Shown piece after piece: positions 18,125-26,216 of a DNA stretch of 64,000 nt (positions within the stretch are counted from its first letter, which is position 1; the number at the start of each line of letters is the position of its first letter). The notes beneath the pieces were generated by a model. It had not been told where the DNA came from, ran no database searches, and worked only from the letters and a program-made list of their open reading frames with translations. Both the position numbers and the translations under genes were made by a program. Origin of the DNA: Candidatus Bathyarchaeia archaeon (lineage in GTDB: Archaea; Thermoproteota; Bathyarchaeia; 40CM-2-53-6); NCBI GenBank assembly GCA_049513715.1, contig JBEKVV010000004.1:128001-192000 (forward strand), written 5' to 3'.

Positions 18125-18460
18125 TTGGTGTTGTTCTTGAGGAAGAGTGTTCTTCGTATCTGGATTCGACAGCGTGAACTAGATCTGTTGGATGAATTGG
18201 CGAAACGCCTCGGGTTGCCCTCTAGAAGCCGACTTACAAACATCGCTCTGCAGTTCTTTTTCGAGCTAAACCATGAAGATCTCCCTGCTGCGGGGCAGAG
18301 GCGCAGGGTCAAGATATTGTTGGATCCATCAATCAAAGAAGAACTGGACGAGCTCTCCACATGCTTGCTCATTCGAAAAGCTTACCTGACGAAGATCGCG
18401 CTCAACGAATTCACACGTCGTTACCGGGCGACTTCTGTTCAACGAGATCATGAACCCTAG
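18125..18460 (+). CDS. Tandem ribbon-helix-helix DNA-binding protein
   Basis: Two repeats of strand + LDEL...S/K..L..IAL..F. Confidence 0.6.
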   Translation: MVLFLRKSVLRIWIRQRELDLLDELAKRLGLPSRSRLTNIALQFFFELNHEDLPAAGQRRRVKILLDPSIKEELDELSTCLLIRKAYLTKIALNEFTRRYRATSVQRDHEP

Positions 18461-18540
18461 CCGTACGTTAGGCCGCCTAACACAGTTTCGATTCCAGCCA
18501 CCTTTCGTCAAGGGAATGGATCAGGTCGGGGTTATCTGAG

Positions 18541-18921
18541 ATGGCAAATGAGTCGCATAAAAGCGACGATCCAGAAGTTGACATTCAGCAGGTAATCTGC
18601 AAATTAGTGCTAGCTCTGAAGCGATTGGAGGGCTACAATCCGGTTCTAGATCTGCCGCTCATTGAGGAGGTAGCCCGCAGCGCGGCTTTCATCAGACTCG
18701 GCGAAAGCTTCCTGATCAATCCGAAATGCTCTCCGGGAACGTACGCCAGTATTTCTGATGGGATAGCGAAGCATGCGTCCAGAATGCGCCAAGCCATGAA
18801 GGAGCTGGCAGCTACGAGAGCGGAGCGAATGCGCTACCAAACTGCAACGGCACAAGCCGCGCAGGTCAAAGAGATCGTGGATAAGATCATTCACCAGGAG
18901 AATGAGCATGACAGCGCGTGA
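18541..18921 (+). CDS. Helical protein, putative terminase small subunit
   Basis: 126 aa helical ORF overlapping the terL start; assignment by position only. Confidence 0.5.
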   Translation: MANESHKSDDPEVDIQQVICKLVLALKRLEGYNPVLDLPLIEEVARSAAFIRLGESFLINPKCSPGTYASISDGIAKHASRMRQAMKELAATRAERMRYQTATAQAAQVKEIVDKIIHQENEHDSA

Positions 18922-20245
18922 AAGATTCCGAGAAGAGGTAAGTAAGGCTAAGTGGAATGCGGCCTACTTTGCCGAAATCTTCCTCTCTCTGAGACCGTTT
19001 CCATACCAAGTCGACTTTCTCAGGGACGATGGAAAAGAGATTGCCGCGGCATGCGGTCGCCAGGTTGGAAAGACCACCCTAGCCGCAATCAAGGGTTTGC
19101 ATTTTGCCTTCTTCCATCCAGACGTGACTGTGCTGATCATCAGCTCCACGCTCCGCCAAAGCATGATCCTGTTCGCAAAGATCCGCTCAATGACAGAGTC
19201 GAACCCAATTCTCCGAATGAAAGTGAAGAACTCGAACCGGACAACAATTGAATTCGATCACGGCAGCCGAATCGTGGCGTTGCCCTGCGGACCGACCGGT
19301 TACAGCCTACGAGGCCACACCGCGGACATGATCATCCTAGATGAAGCGAACTTCGTGCCGGAAGAGATTGTGGACGGCGTCGTAAGGCCCATGCTCATCG
19401 CCAAACCCAACTCAAGACTCATCATGGTCTCCACACCTTGGACTCGAAACCATCCATTCTACCGAGCCATCTCTGAGAAGGGTCGAGGATTTCATGTCTA
19501 CAGATGGCCGACAAGCCTCAGCCCACTAGTCTCCGCGGAGAAGCTTCAAGCCGACCGCAACGCCCTCGACGCTCTCACATTCAGAAGAGAGTACGAAGCC
19601 CAGTTCGTCGAAGAAAACGATTCCTATTTCCCAACCCACCTCATCTCGCAGTGCGTAGACGGAAGCTATGAACTCCTGGAGGATCAGGACGTTCTCCAAA
19701 CCGAACACAAAGGCGTCTTTCACCTGGGCGTGGATTTTGGGAAGCGGGTTGACCACAGTGTCCTAGCTGTTCTTGAGGAATCCGCAGGCCGACTTCAACG
19801 CTTAGTCTATCTAAAACAGTTCCCGCTGCAAACAAATTACGCAACGGTAATCGGCTGGATTCGCCGCCTCAACGAGGGTTTCGGATTCGAGAGTGTAACC
19901 CTAGACCAGACAGGAGTCGGAGAAGCACCAGTCGAAGACGTGAAAACCTTCCTTCCAAACGCTGAAGGCGTCATTCTGACGAACAAGATGAAACTGGATA
20001 TTCTATCGAACCTGCAACTTCTCATGCAACATGAGAGGTTGAAGATACCGCTCGAAAAGACCATAATCACCCAGATCAACGAGCAGCAATACGAGATCAA
20101 TAAGACAGGGGAACTAATCTTCTCACACCCAACCCGATCACACGACGACAAACTCTGGGCTTTGGTTTTTTCAGCTTGGGGAGCCAGAAAACCACCTCGC
20201 CCAAGCTTCTTGCCAATAACCCGCTCCTTTGGACTAAGACCCTAA
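18902..20245 (+). CDS. terL: Terminase large subunit
   Basis: PFPYQ, Walker A GRQVGKT, Walker B IILDEA, STP coupling motif, FRREYEAQF, nuclease GVDFG..D and HDD. Confidence 0.9.
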   Translation: MSMTARERFREEVSKAKWNAAYFAEIFLSLRPFPYQVDFLRDDGKEIAAACGRQVGKTTLAAIKGLHFAFFHPDVTVLIISSTLRQSMILFAKIRSMTESNPILRMKVKNSNRTTIEFDHGSRIVALPCGPTGYSLRGHTADMIILDEANFVPEEIVDGVVRPMLIAKPNSRLIMVSTPWTRNHPFYRAISEKGRGFHVYRWPTSLSPLVSAEKLQADRNALDALTFRREYEAQFVEENDSYFPTHLISQCVDGSYELLEDQDVLQTEHKGVFHLGVDFGKRVDHSVLAVLEESAGRLQRLVYLKQFPLQTNYATVIGWIRRLNEGFGFESVTLDQTGVGEAPVEDVKTFLPNAEGVILTNKMKLDILSNLQLLMQHERLKIPLEKTIITQINEQQYEINKTGELIFSHPTRSHDDKLWALVFSAWGARKPPRPSFLPITRSFGLRP

Positions 20246-20379
20246 CTGATCGAAATGATTGCCGGAACATGTAACGACTCAGCCGGTGACCACTTTGGGT
20301 CTATGGGCAATCTTGTCAGGATCGCTGATTCTCGGGTCTTGGAAAAGTTTAGGTAGTCTCACCCCTTGCTCGTGTGGTA

Positions 20380-20574
20380 GGGCCCGTAGCTCAGTCAGAT
20401 CCACGCAAAATGGATCCTAGATAGGTAGAGCATCGGAAACACCGTGCAATTCCACGGGTGTTGGTGATGCTTTTACCCTGGGTTTCTGGAACCTTAGGGA
20501 AGCCACCCGAAAAGACACCGCTTAACCGCGGTCTTGGGGAAGGGTCCCGGGTTCAAATCCCGGCGGGCCCGCCA
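20380..20574 (+). tRNA. tRNA-Lys(TTT) with four introns (D loop 17/17a, 30/31, 37/38, 43/44), CCA encoded
   Basis: Introns 20397-20422, 20437-20468, 20476-20504, 20511-20541; spliced GGGCCCGTAGCTCAGTCAGGTAGAGCATCGGGCTTTTAACCCGAGGGTCCCGGGTTCAAATCCCGGCGGGCCCGCCA. Confidence 0.9.
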
Positions 20575-20769
20575 CCTTCACTGAGTGGCTGTACCATTTT
20601 CTTGATGCCAGCAGGACAAAGTCCTCCCGCGAGTAGCCACCATCAGTCTTACGTGAGCATATGCCAGGATTTTTTCTGGTTTGGCGTTTGGAGCGAGCTG
20701 TCGTCAAAGACACCGCTCCCTTGACCACACTAGAACAATTCCTCAGCCCGACTTGTATTCTGCAGCGCA

Positions 20770-20794
20770 GGGCCCGTAGTTTAGTCAAGGTGAG
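20770..20794 (+). repeat. tRNA 5' fragment (positions 1-24), tRNA-Lys-like, intron-less
   Basis: GGGCCCGTAGTTTAGTCAAGGTGAG vs spliced Lys GGGCCCGTAGCTCAGTCAGGTAGAG, 20/25 identical. Confidence 0.65.
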
Positions 20795-20915
20795 TCCGAC
20801 TGTTTTCGTACACTTTTAGTGGGTGAGTGGCGTGACTGAGCCTAGGCAACGCGGAAGGCTATCTCAGCGCAAAGTCTCTTTAGTAAATCCAAAAGCTAGT
20901 CGTTTCGGGTCTATT

Positions 20916-21262
20916 ATGAGCCCGCAATTCATCCGCTCCAAAAGAGCTTCCAATCTTAGCAAATCCGTGGAGCTTGAGGCGTTCCTTGGTTCCTGCAGAA
21001 ACGATTGGCTAAAAGAGAAAGCCGAAGAGGCATTCACAGAAATAAAAGCTCATTATGAAATTGGCGACAAGGTCCAGAAGGACAGATGGCCGCGCTATTA
21101 CGTCTTGACATGGGGATCAACAATCTGTATGTTCATAAGCTTGGGCGCGACTGGCGCTTAACCTACTCGCTCGTAGCAGATGAAGTAGGAATCATGGCCT
21201 TCTGCCTTGAAATCCTGACACACAAGCAATATAACAAAAGGTTTGGTTACGGGAACACCTAG
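20916..21262 (+). pseudogene. RelE-like toxin with a frameshift near 21112
   Basis: ...IGDKVQKDRWPRYYVLTW continues in the -1 frame as GINNLYVHKLGRDWRLTYSLV...LEILTHKQYNKRFGY; one G missing in a G4 run. Confidence 0.6.
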
Positions 21263-21519
21263 CGCACGCGGATGCTTTTCGCCAATGCCCGCTTTAACGT
21301 GGCGTTGTCAGCGAAGACCCAGACGATTTCACGATCATTCAAGATTATTTTGTTGCTTGCTAGCAAGTACTCTATGACACGGTTGAAAGTTTGGTATTGT
21401 ACCTTGCGCGGGAGGCTTTGCCACAGGGCCTTCTTGGTCGGATAGTTTTTCGCTTTGTGTATGGCTTCTTCCACCATCAGTATGGTTCCTAGTGTGGGTT
21501 CGTGGGCGTTTTTCACCAT
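21259..21519 (-). CDS. Small winged-helix protein, putative antitoxin/regulator
   Basis: PTLGTILMVEE..LWQSLPRKVQYQTF..VIEYLLASNKI; convergent with the toxin, 4-bp overlap. Confidence 0.65.
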   Translation of the reverse strand: MVKNAHEPTLGTILMVEEAIHKAKNYPTKKALWQSLPRKVQYQTFNRVIEYLLASNKIILNDREIVWVFADNATLKRALAKSIRVR

Positions 21520-21578
21520 CAGACATTTCCTCTCCCTTAGAGTTACTACTACAGTAGACTACTATGGTAATGTGCTAT

Positions 21579-21613
21579 TTATACATAATTGTATATTATA
21601 CAAGTATGTATAA
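21579..21613. promoter_or_regulatory. 35-bp AT-rich palindrome (operator or recombination site)
   Basis: TTATACATA-A-TTGTATA-T-TATACAA-G-TATGTATAA, one mismatched pair. Confidence 0.6.
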
Positions 21614-21700
21614 TGCTTTAATTGTCGGAAAACGCTATGCCCGCCACATCCATCAAGGGTTGTCATGAAGATTTTGCTCAAGATCCCTGATCTCATGATG

Positions 21701-21731
21701 TTGGTGGGTTCAAATCCCACCGGCCCAACCA
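21701..21731 (+). repeat. tRNA T-arm/acceptor 3' fragment, left direct repeat
   Basis: TTGGTGGGTTCAAATCCCACC-GGCCCAACCA. Confidence 0.8.
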
Positions 21732-21779
21732 TCTCGTCTGTGTAATGACCGTTCTTTCACGAGAGTATAATTGAGTCCA

Positions 21780-22043
21780 TCATTTGTAGGCCCTTCCTCT
21801 GAACTCGACAGCGAGAACGGCAATCGTTTTGGATTCCCAGTCGACCTCATACTCGATGCGGATTTCTCCTATTCGTATTCTGTAGGTGTCATGCATCCCA
21901 GCCAGTTTCCTGACATCGTATTCAGGAACTGGCGCTGGATTCTGACTCAAAGCCTCTAAAACCAGCAGGACTCCACGCGCGTAGTGGCTAGGTATACGCC
22001 TAAGCGACTTCCTAGCACGGTTTGAAATAATGATTTCGAACAG
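21780..22043 (-). CDS. relE: RelE/ParE toxin (87 aa, apparent CTG start, missed by the ORF track)
   Basis: FEIIISNRARKSLRRIP...NPAP..DVRKLAGMHDTYRIRIGEIRIEYEVDW..TIAVLAVEFRGRAYK*. Confidence 0.85.
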   Translation of the reverse strand: MFEIIISNRARKSLRRIPSHYARGVLLVLEALSQNPAPVPEYDVRKLAGMHDTYRIRIGEIRIEYEVDWESKTIAVLAVEFRGRAYK

Positions 22044-22048
22044 GAGAG

Positions 22049-22252
22049 CTACGCACCGAGTTCCTTTCGGAGCTGGCCTAAGGTGACGTAGCGGCCCTTC
22101 TCAACCTCTAGCCGACCCTGTCGGATCAGTTTTCTTTCTCTGGCAGTCACTCGCTCTTCCGGAAGTAGGGCCGCCCTTAAGCGAAGAAGCTCTATCTTCA
22201 CGTCGTCAAGCTTCGTGATTACTTTACGCAATTCAGTCTTGGTTACTGCCAT
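22049..22252 (-). CDS. Antitoxin upstream of relE
   Basis: 67 aa with C-terminal KGRYVTLGQLRKELG; canonical antitoxin-toxin order. Confidence 0.75.
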   Translation of the reverse strand: MAVTKTELRKVITKLDDVKIELLRLRAALLPEERVTARERKLIRQGRLEVEKGRYVTLGQLRKELGA

Positions 22253-22373
22253 TAGATTATCCCGCACATCTGCAGTCTAACCAACTAGTAAAAGAATCTG
22301 GCGTCTGGCAGAGCCTTATCTCCTTCCTCCTACGGGGTGGGTATTCTACTTAGAAACGTGATTAGTCCCACAA

Positions 22374-22404
22374 TTGGTGGGTTCAAATCCCACCTGCCCC
22401 AGCA
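22374..22404 (+). repeat. tRNA T-arm/acceptor 3' fragment, right direct repeat
   Basis: TTGGTGGGTTCAAATCCCACC-TGCCCCAGCA; first 21 bp identical to 21701-21721. Confidence 0.8.
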
Positions 22405-22445
22405 CTTTCCTGTTTACCCGTTGCCGTCGAGCATTGCACCTACTC

Positions 22446-22589
22446 CATTGGAGGTCGGCATGTGATGTGCTGGTCGGTGATGCTTTTACCTTTTCGGGAA
22501 ACGTAAACCCAGGGAAGCCACCCGAAAAGAAACCGCTTAACCGCGGTCTTGGGGAAGGGTCCCGGGTTCAAACCCCGGCGGGCCCGCCA
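22446..22589 (+). repeat. Partial second tRNA-Lys(TTT) copy (positions 25-76) with introns at 30/31, 37/38, 43/44
   Basis: Exons differ from the intact gene at positions 28 and 60 only; introns 22452-22481, 22489-22519, 22526-22556. Confidence 0.88.
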
Positions 22590-22693
22590 ACTCCCTGTTC
22601 CTCATGAATGTCCGCGTGAATCCGAACAGCCTTCTTGCTGGGGCCCTGCAGATGATGGTCGAGAAGAATGGAAGCTTTTGCATCTAAGCCAGA

Positions 22694-22879
22694 TTAGCTC
22701 AGGCGTTTCCCGCATACTCCGCAATGATGTGCATATGCTGGGTTCACGTTCCCGCATTTGGGGCAGGTTCCACCCACCATCATTGGTGTCCTGGGGAGTG
22801 GTGTCCCGCAGCTGAAGCAATAGCTATTGAACGGGGGGTTCCAGGTGCAACATATCGTGCAATAGGAAGAAGCGACCAT
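22694..22879 (-). CDS. Double zinc-ribbon protein
   Basis: Four CxxC motifs in 61 aa. Confidence 0.7.
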   Translation of the reverse strand: MVASSYCTICCTWNPPFNSYCFSCGTPLPRTPMMVGGTCPKCGNVNPAYAHHCGVCGKRLS

Positions 22880-23035
22880 GATACTCAGTCCAACCTGTAA
22901 CCCTCAAAAGGGCATCCGAATAAAATGTTTGCCTTAGCCCATGGTCATGCATCTGCAATTCATATGGAAGGAGGACGCAAAAATCGGCTTGGTCAACGGG
23001 AACTGACCTACTGGATTTGGAGTTTGTTTCCTTTC

Positions 23036-23803
23036 TTGGAGAACATCGACCCCGTCTATCTTCTCCAGCCCATAATCACAATCGCGTTCAGCATTGGCCT
23101 GGTTGTTTTCTGGCACTACTGGCGCAGTTTCACGAGAGGCGCACTGATCTATTCCCTCCTTGCCTACGGGGGAGGAATACTGATCAAAATAGTCCTCCAA
23201 TCCTTCACAGCCAGTGCGTTTGTGGCCCGGTTCGGGGAGAATCCGTACATTTTGGGGGCGTACTTTGGGCTTCAAACTGTCGTTTTTGAAGTAGGTGGGG
23301 CGTTCTTGGTAGCGACTTGGGCGGTTTCCAAAGGCAAGCTCGCGGCCAAAGACGATGAAGGCTACGGACTGGGACTAGGGCTATGGGAGAACGCAGTAGT
23401 GGTCGGTGGGTTTGGTTTGCTGAACCTTTTGATAATCTACTTAACATTCGCGTCCGGAGGATCTACAGCTGAAGCCCTACGCGCAGTAGTTGTCAACTCC
23501 AATCCTGAACTTTTCGCGCCACCAGTCCAAGCTTTCACGACGGTGGGATTTGGCTTGTTGGAGCGAGTGTCGTCGCTCATATTCCATTTCGCGTGGGGGC
23601 TTCTCTGCGTGCTTTCAGCAGTCACTCGTAAACGACTATACTTCGTAGTGGCGTTGCCGATGGGGCTCGTGGACTTTCTCGTTCCATTTTCCAAAATCCT
23701 AACGATTCCAGTCTTCGAAACAAGCGTCTTCATTCTAGCTGTCCTAGCTCTCCAGTTGTCCCTGTATGTGACGAGGGGAGATCGACAACCACCTCAAACA
23801 TAG
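23036..23803 (+). CDS. YhfC/PrsW-like intramembrane metalloprotease family protein
   Basis: Multi-TM; FEVGG, GLGLGLWE, ERVSSLIFH motifs; TTG start chosen. Confidence 0.7.
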   Translation: MENIDPVYLLQPIITIAFSIGLVVFWHYWRSFTRGALIYSLLAYGGGILIKIVLQSFTASAFVARFGENPYILGAYFGLQTVVFEVGGAFLVATWAVSKGKLAAKDDEGYGLGLGLWENAVVVGGFGLLNLLIIYLTFASGGSTAEALRAVVVNSNPELFAPPVQAFTTVGFGLLERVSSLIFHFAWGLLCVLSAVTRKRLYFVVALPMGLVDFLVPFSKILTIPVFETSVFILAVLALQLSLYVTRGDRQPPQT

Positions 23804-23821
23804 GTGAGCTTGCTGTCCCTC

Positions 23822-25255
23822 TCACTGATTTTCACCGTGACCCATATGCTCCATTTCGTGGTGGTATTGCTCAGGCGTCATTAGGCTTTGGAATGCGCGG
23901 TCAACAACCTCGCTCAAGGCAGGATGAATATGCATCGCATCGAGCAAAGGCCGCGCGCTCTGCTCAGGCGTATACATCAAGTTGATGATTTCCTGAATCA
24001 AAACCGACGCTGAAGGTCCAATGATGTGCGCACCAAGAATCCTGAGGCCGTTCTTTTCGAGAATAACCTTGACGAAATAGTCTTTCACTGCCATGGCTTC
24101 CCCTTTAGCTGTGTCTTGGTAACGCTGAAATCCGATCAGAGTTCCTTCAGACCCATATTTCTCGATGGCTTCATTCTCTCTGAGTCCAACAGCCGCGACC
24201 TCGGGGTATGTGAAGACCGCGTGCGGAACGGCATGGTAATCTACAGGGATTCTGCGACTCAAAACCGCGTTATAAAACACTATCCGGGATTCATAATTAC
24301 CTACATGTTTGAACAAGTACTTACCATGAGCATCGCCGAAAGCCCACACGTTGGGTAGTGAAGTTTCCAAGAATTCGTCGACCAACACCCACCCCTTTTC
24401 GTCAGTCTTGATTCCTCCCTTGTCAGGGTGGAGTATGTCGGTTGTCGGTCCACGTCCTGAGGCAATCATGATTTCTTTCGCAGTGATTGTTGTCTTCTCT
24501 CCTGTTTTGTGGTCAACGGCAAGTAGGGATTTTCCGCCGGGTTCGTTCTGTGCGGTCATAACCTCATGGTTTGTGAGAATCGTCATGTGTTTGCTGAGTT
24601 CCCGCTTGGCTAGGGCTGAAACCTCAGGCTCTTCTTGGGGTAGGAATTGTGGGTTTCGGCCGATGATTGTGACCTTTGAACCCATCGCGGACAGAAAATG
24701 GCCATACTCGGCGGCGATGTACCCACCGCCTACGATGGCTATGCTTTCTGGCAAAGTGGTTTCGTAGAGTATAGTATCGCTTGTCTTGTAACCAACTTCA
24801 TTCAAGCCTTTGATGGGAGGAATGATGGGCTTTGAGCCGATGGACAGAAGAATCATCTTGGATCTGATAGTCTCTTCTCGCACCTTCAGTGTATACCGGT
24901 CAACGAATTCAGCGACGGCGTGGTAATAGTCGATGTTCGGCGATTCGCTCAATCCTTGCCTGATTGAGTTGATGTCGCCATCGATTAGAGTTCTCATGCG
25001 CTTCATGACCTTGCCAAAATCAACGTTCCGTATTGCCACGTCTATGCCAAAGGTTCCGGCACGTTCGATCTCACGAACAAGTTCGGCTGGGTACAGTAGT
25101 ATTTTTGATGGGATGCAACCTCGTGTTAGGCAGATTCCTCCAGGTTCATCTTTGTCGATTACTGCTGCCTTGAGGTCGGGGCTCCTTTGGATCATCCCAT
25201 CAAGAACGTTCATCGCAGAGCCGGTGCCGATTGCAATCACATCATACTCTTTCAT
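23822..25255 (-). CDS. lpdA: Dihydrolipoamide dehydrogenase-family flavoprotein disulfide reductase
   Basis: GGICLTRGCIPSK, GGGYIAAE, HIHPALSE. Confidence 0.85.
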   Translation of the reverse strand: MKEYDVIAIGTGSAMNVLDGMIQRSPDLKAAVIDKDEPGGICLTRGCIPSKILLYPAELVREIERAGTFGIDVAIRNVDFGKVMKRMRTLIDGDINSIRQGLSESPNIDYYHAVAEFVDRYTLKVREETIRSKMILLSIGSKPIIPPIKGLNEVGYKTSDTILYETTLPESIAIVGGGYIAAEYGHFLSAMGSKVTIIGRNPQFLPQEEPEVSALAKRELSKHMTILTNHEVMTAQNEPGGKSLLAVDHKTGEKTTITAKEIMIASGRGPTTDILHPDKGGIKTDEKGWVLVDEFLETSLPNVWAFGDAHGKYLFKHVGNYESRIVFYNAVLSRRIPVDYHAVPHAVFTYPEVAAVGLRENEAIEKYGSEGTLIGFQRYQDTAKGEAMAVKDYFVKVILEKNGLRILGAHIIGPSASVLIQEIINLMYTPEQSARPLLDAMHIHPALSEVVDRAFQSLMTPEQYHHEMEHMGHGENQ

Positions 25256-25456
25256 GGCCTCAGTGAAGAATCAGCGAACATAACAGACTTTTCTTGAACA
25301 CACTGAAGACCAGCAGCACGCTCTATCAGCAGCTTGGAAAAAGGACCGAAGTTCGTCCCCGTCGGTTCGAGAACGAGGCATACGCCTATCTTCGCGAAGG
25401 AACTTGATGATGGAGTGATAGTTGACGCTTGGTTAAGTGGACTATTGGACTATGCG

Positions 25457-25804
25457 CTATTCTTTGCGGGTCGCATTTGTTGCGAGTTGGAAGTCTGTGG
25501 CCCATTTGATGAGTTGGCTCATGTGGTTTTCTGCGTTGAATTTGTAGGCTTGAGCGTTGCCCAATTTTCTTGTGGTCGACACCCACCGGAGTTCTTGTAG
25601 GTGCTTGAGGCAGTTCTTAGCGGTTTTGAATGTCAGCCCAGTGCCTTCTGCTATGATGGAGACCGTGAACTCCGCGCTGCCTAGGAGAAGACTTTGGTCC
25701 AGGATCCGCGCCATCGGAATCCCCCTACCCATTACAGTCACGAAGGGGCCCGCGTCAAAGTATTCGTCCTTCTTACTCGCTCTCACAGCTTCCACCATCA
25801 TCAT
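25457..25804 (-). CDS. Winged-helix protein
   Basis: FTVSIIAEGTGLTFKTAKNCLKHL..TRKLGNAQAYKFN. Confidence 0.7.
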   Translation of the reverse strand: MMMVEAVRASKKDEYFDAGPFVTVMGRGIPMARILDQSLLLGSAEFTVSIIAEGTGLTFKTAKNCLKHLQELRWVSTTRKLGNAQAYKFNAENHMSQLIKWATDFQLATNATRKE

Positions 25805-25856
25805 GATGATGACAATAACTTAATAAATGCTTCCAATAACATGGTAGCGATTTCCA

Positions 25857-26216
25857 ATGTCTACCGAGGAGCGAACGAAGCTCGCTAAGGGCTTCGTAAT
25901 GAACAAGATGTATTCCCTCGGATTAATCGGCGGGAGACACACTTCCGTAGATAACCTTCCGAAAAGCTGCCCGCATGAACTGGAACAAAACGTGAAAGCG
26001 GCAATCGACGAACTCCGCAAAGAAAAGCTTCTGGTAATCAAGCCAACAAGCTACGGGCAACAAGCCTCCGCGACGATGGCCGATCTAGGTCGGAATTACG
26101 CGAATGCCTATAGGGAACACGTCAACCTGCCCGAGACCGATTTCAATCCCACAAAGAAAGTTGAAGCGTCCCCGCTGACCAAGGAGGAATTGAGGAAGCT
26201 AAGATTCAAGAAGTGA
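25857..26216 (+). CDS. Hypothetical small basic protein
   Basis: IGGRHTSVDNLPKSCP..IDELRKEKLLVIKPTSYG; divergent from the wHTH gene. Confidence 0.65.
   Translation: MSTEERTKLAKGFVMNKMYSLGLIGGRHTSVDNLPKSCPHELEQNVKAAIDELRKEKLLVIKPTSYGQQASATMADLGRNYANAYREHVNLPETDFNPTKKVEASPLTKEELRKLRFKK

Noticed and set aside
20458..22607. Similar ORFs 20458-20724 and 22374-22607 (GKPPEK..LNRGLGEGSRVQ)
   Set aside because: The similarity comes from the duplicated tRNA-Lys exons and introns, not a protein family
23822..25255. Mercuric reductase
   Set aside because: No C-terminal Cys-Cys pair or N-terminal metal-binding domain; has the His-Pro-x3-Glu motif of Lpd-type enzymes
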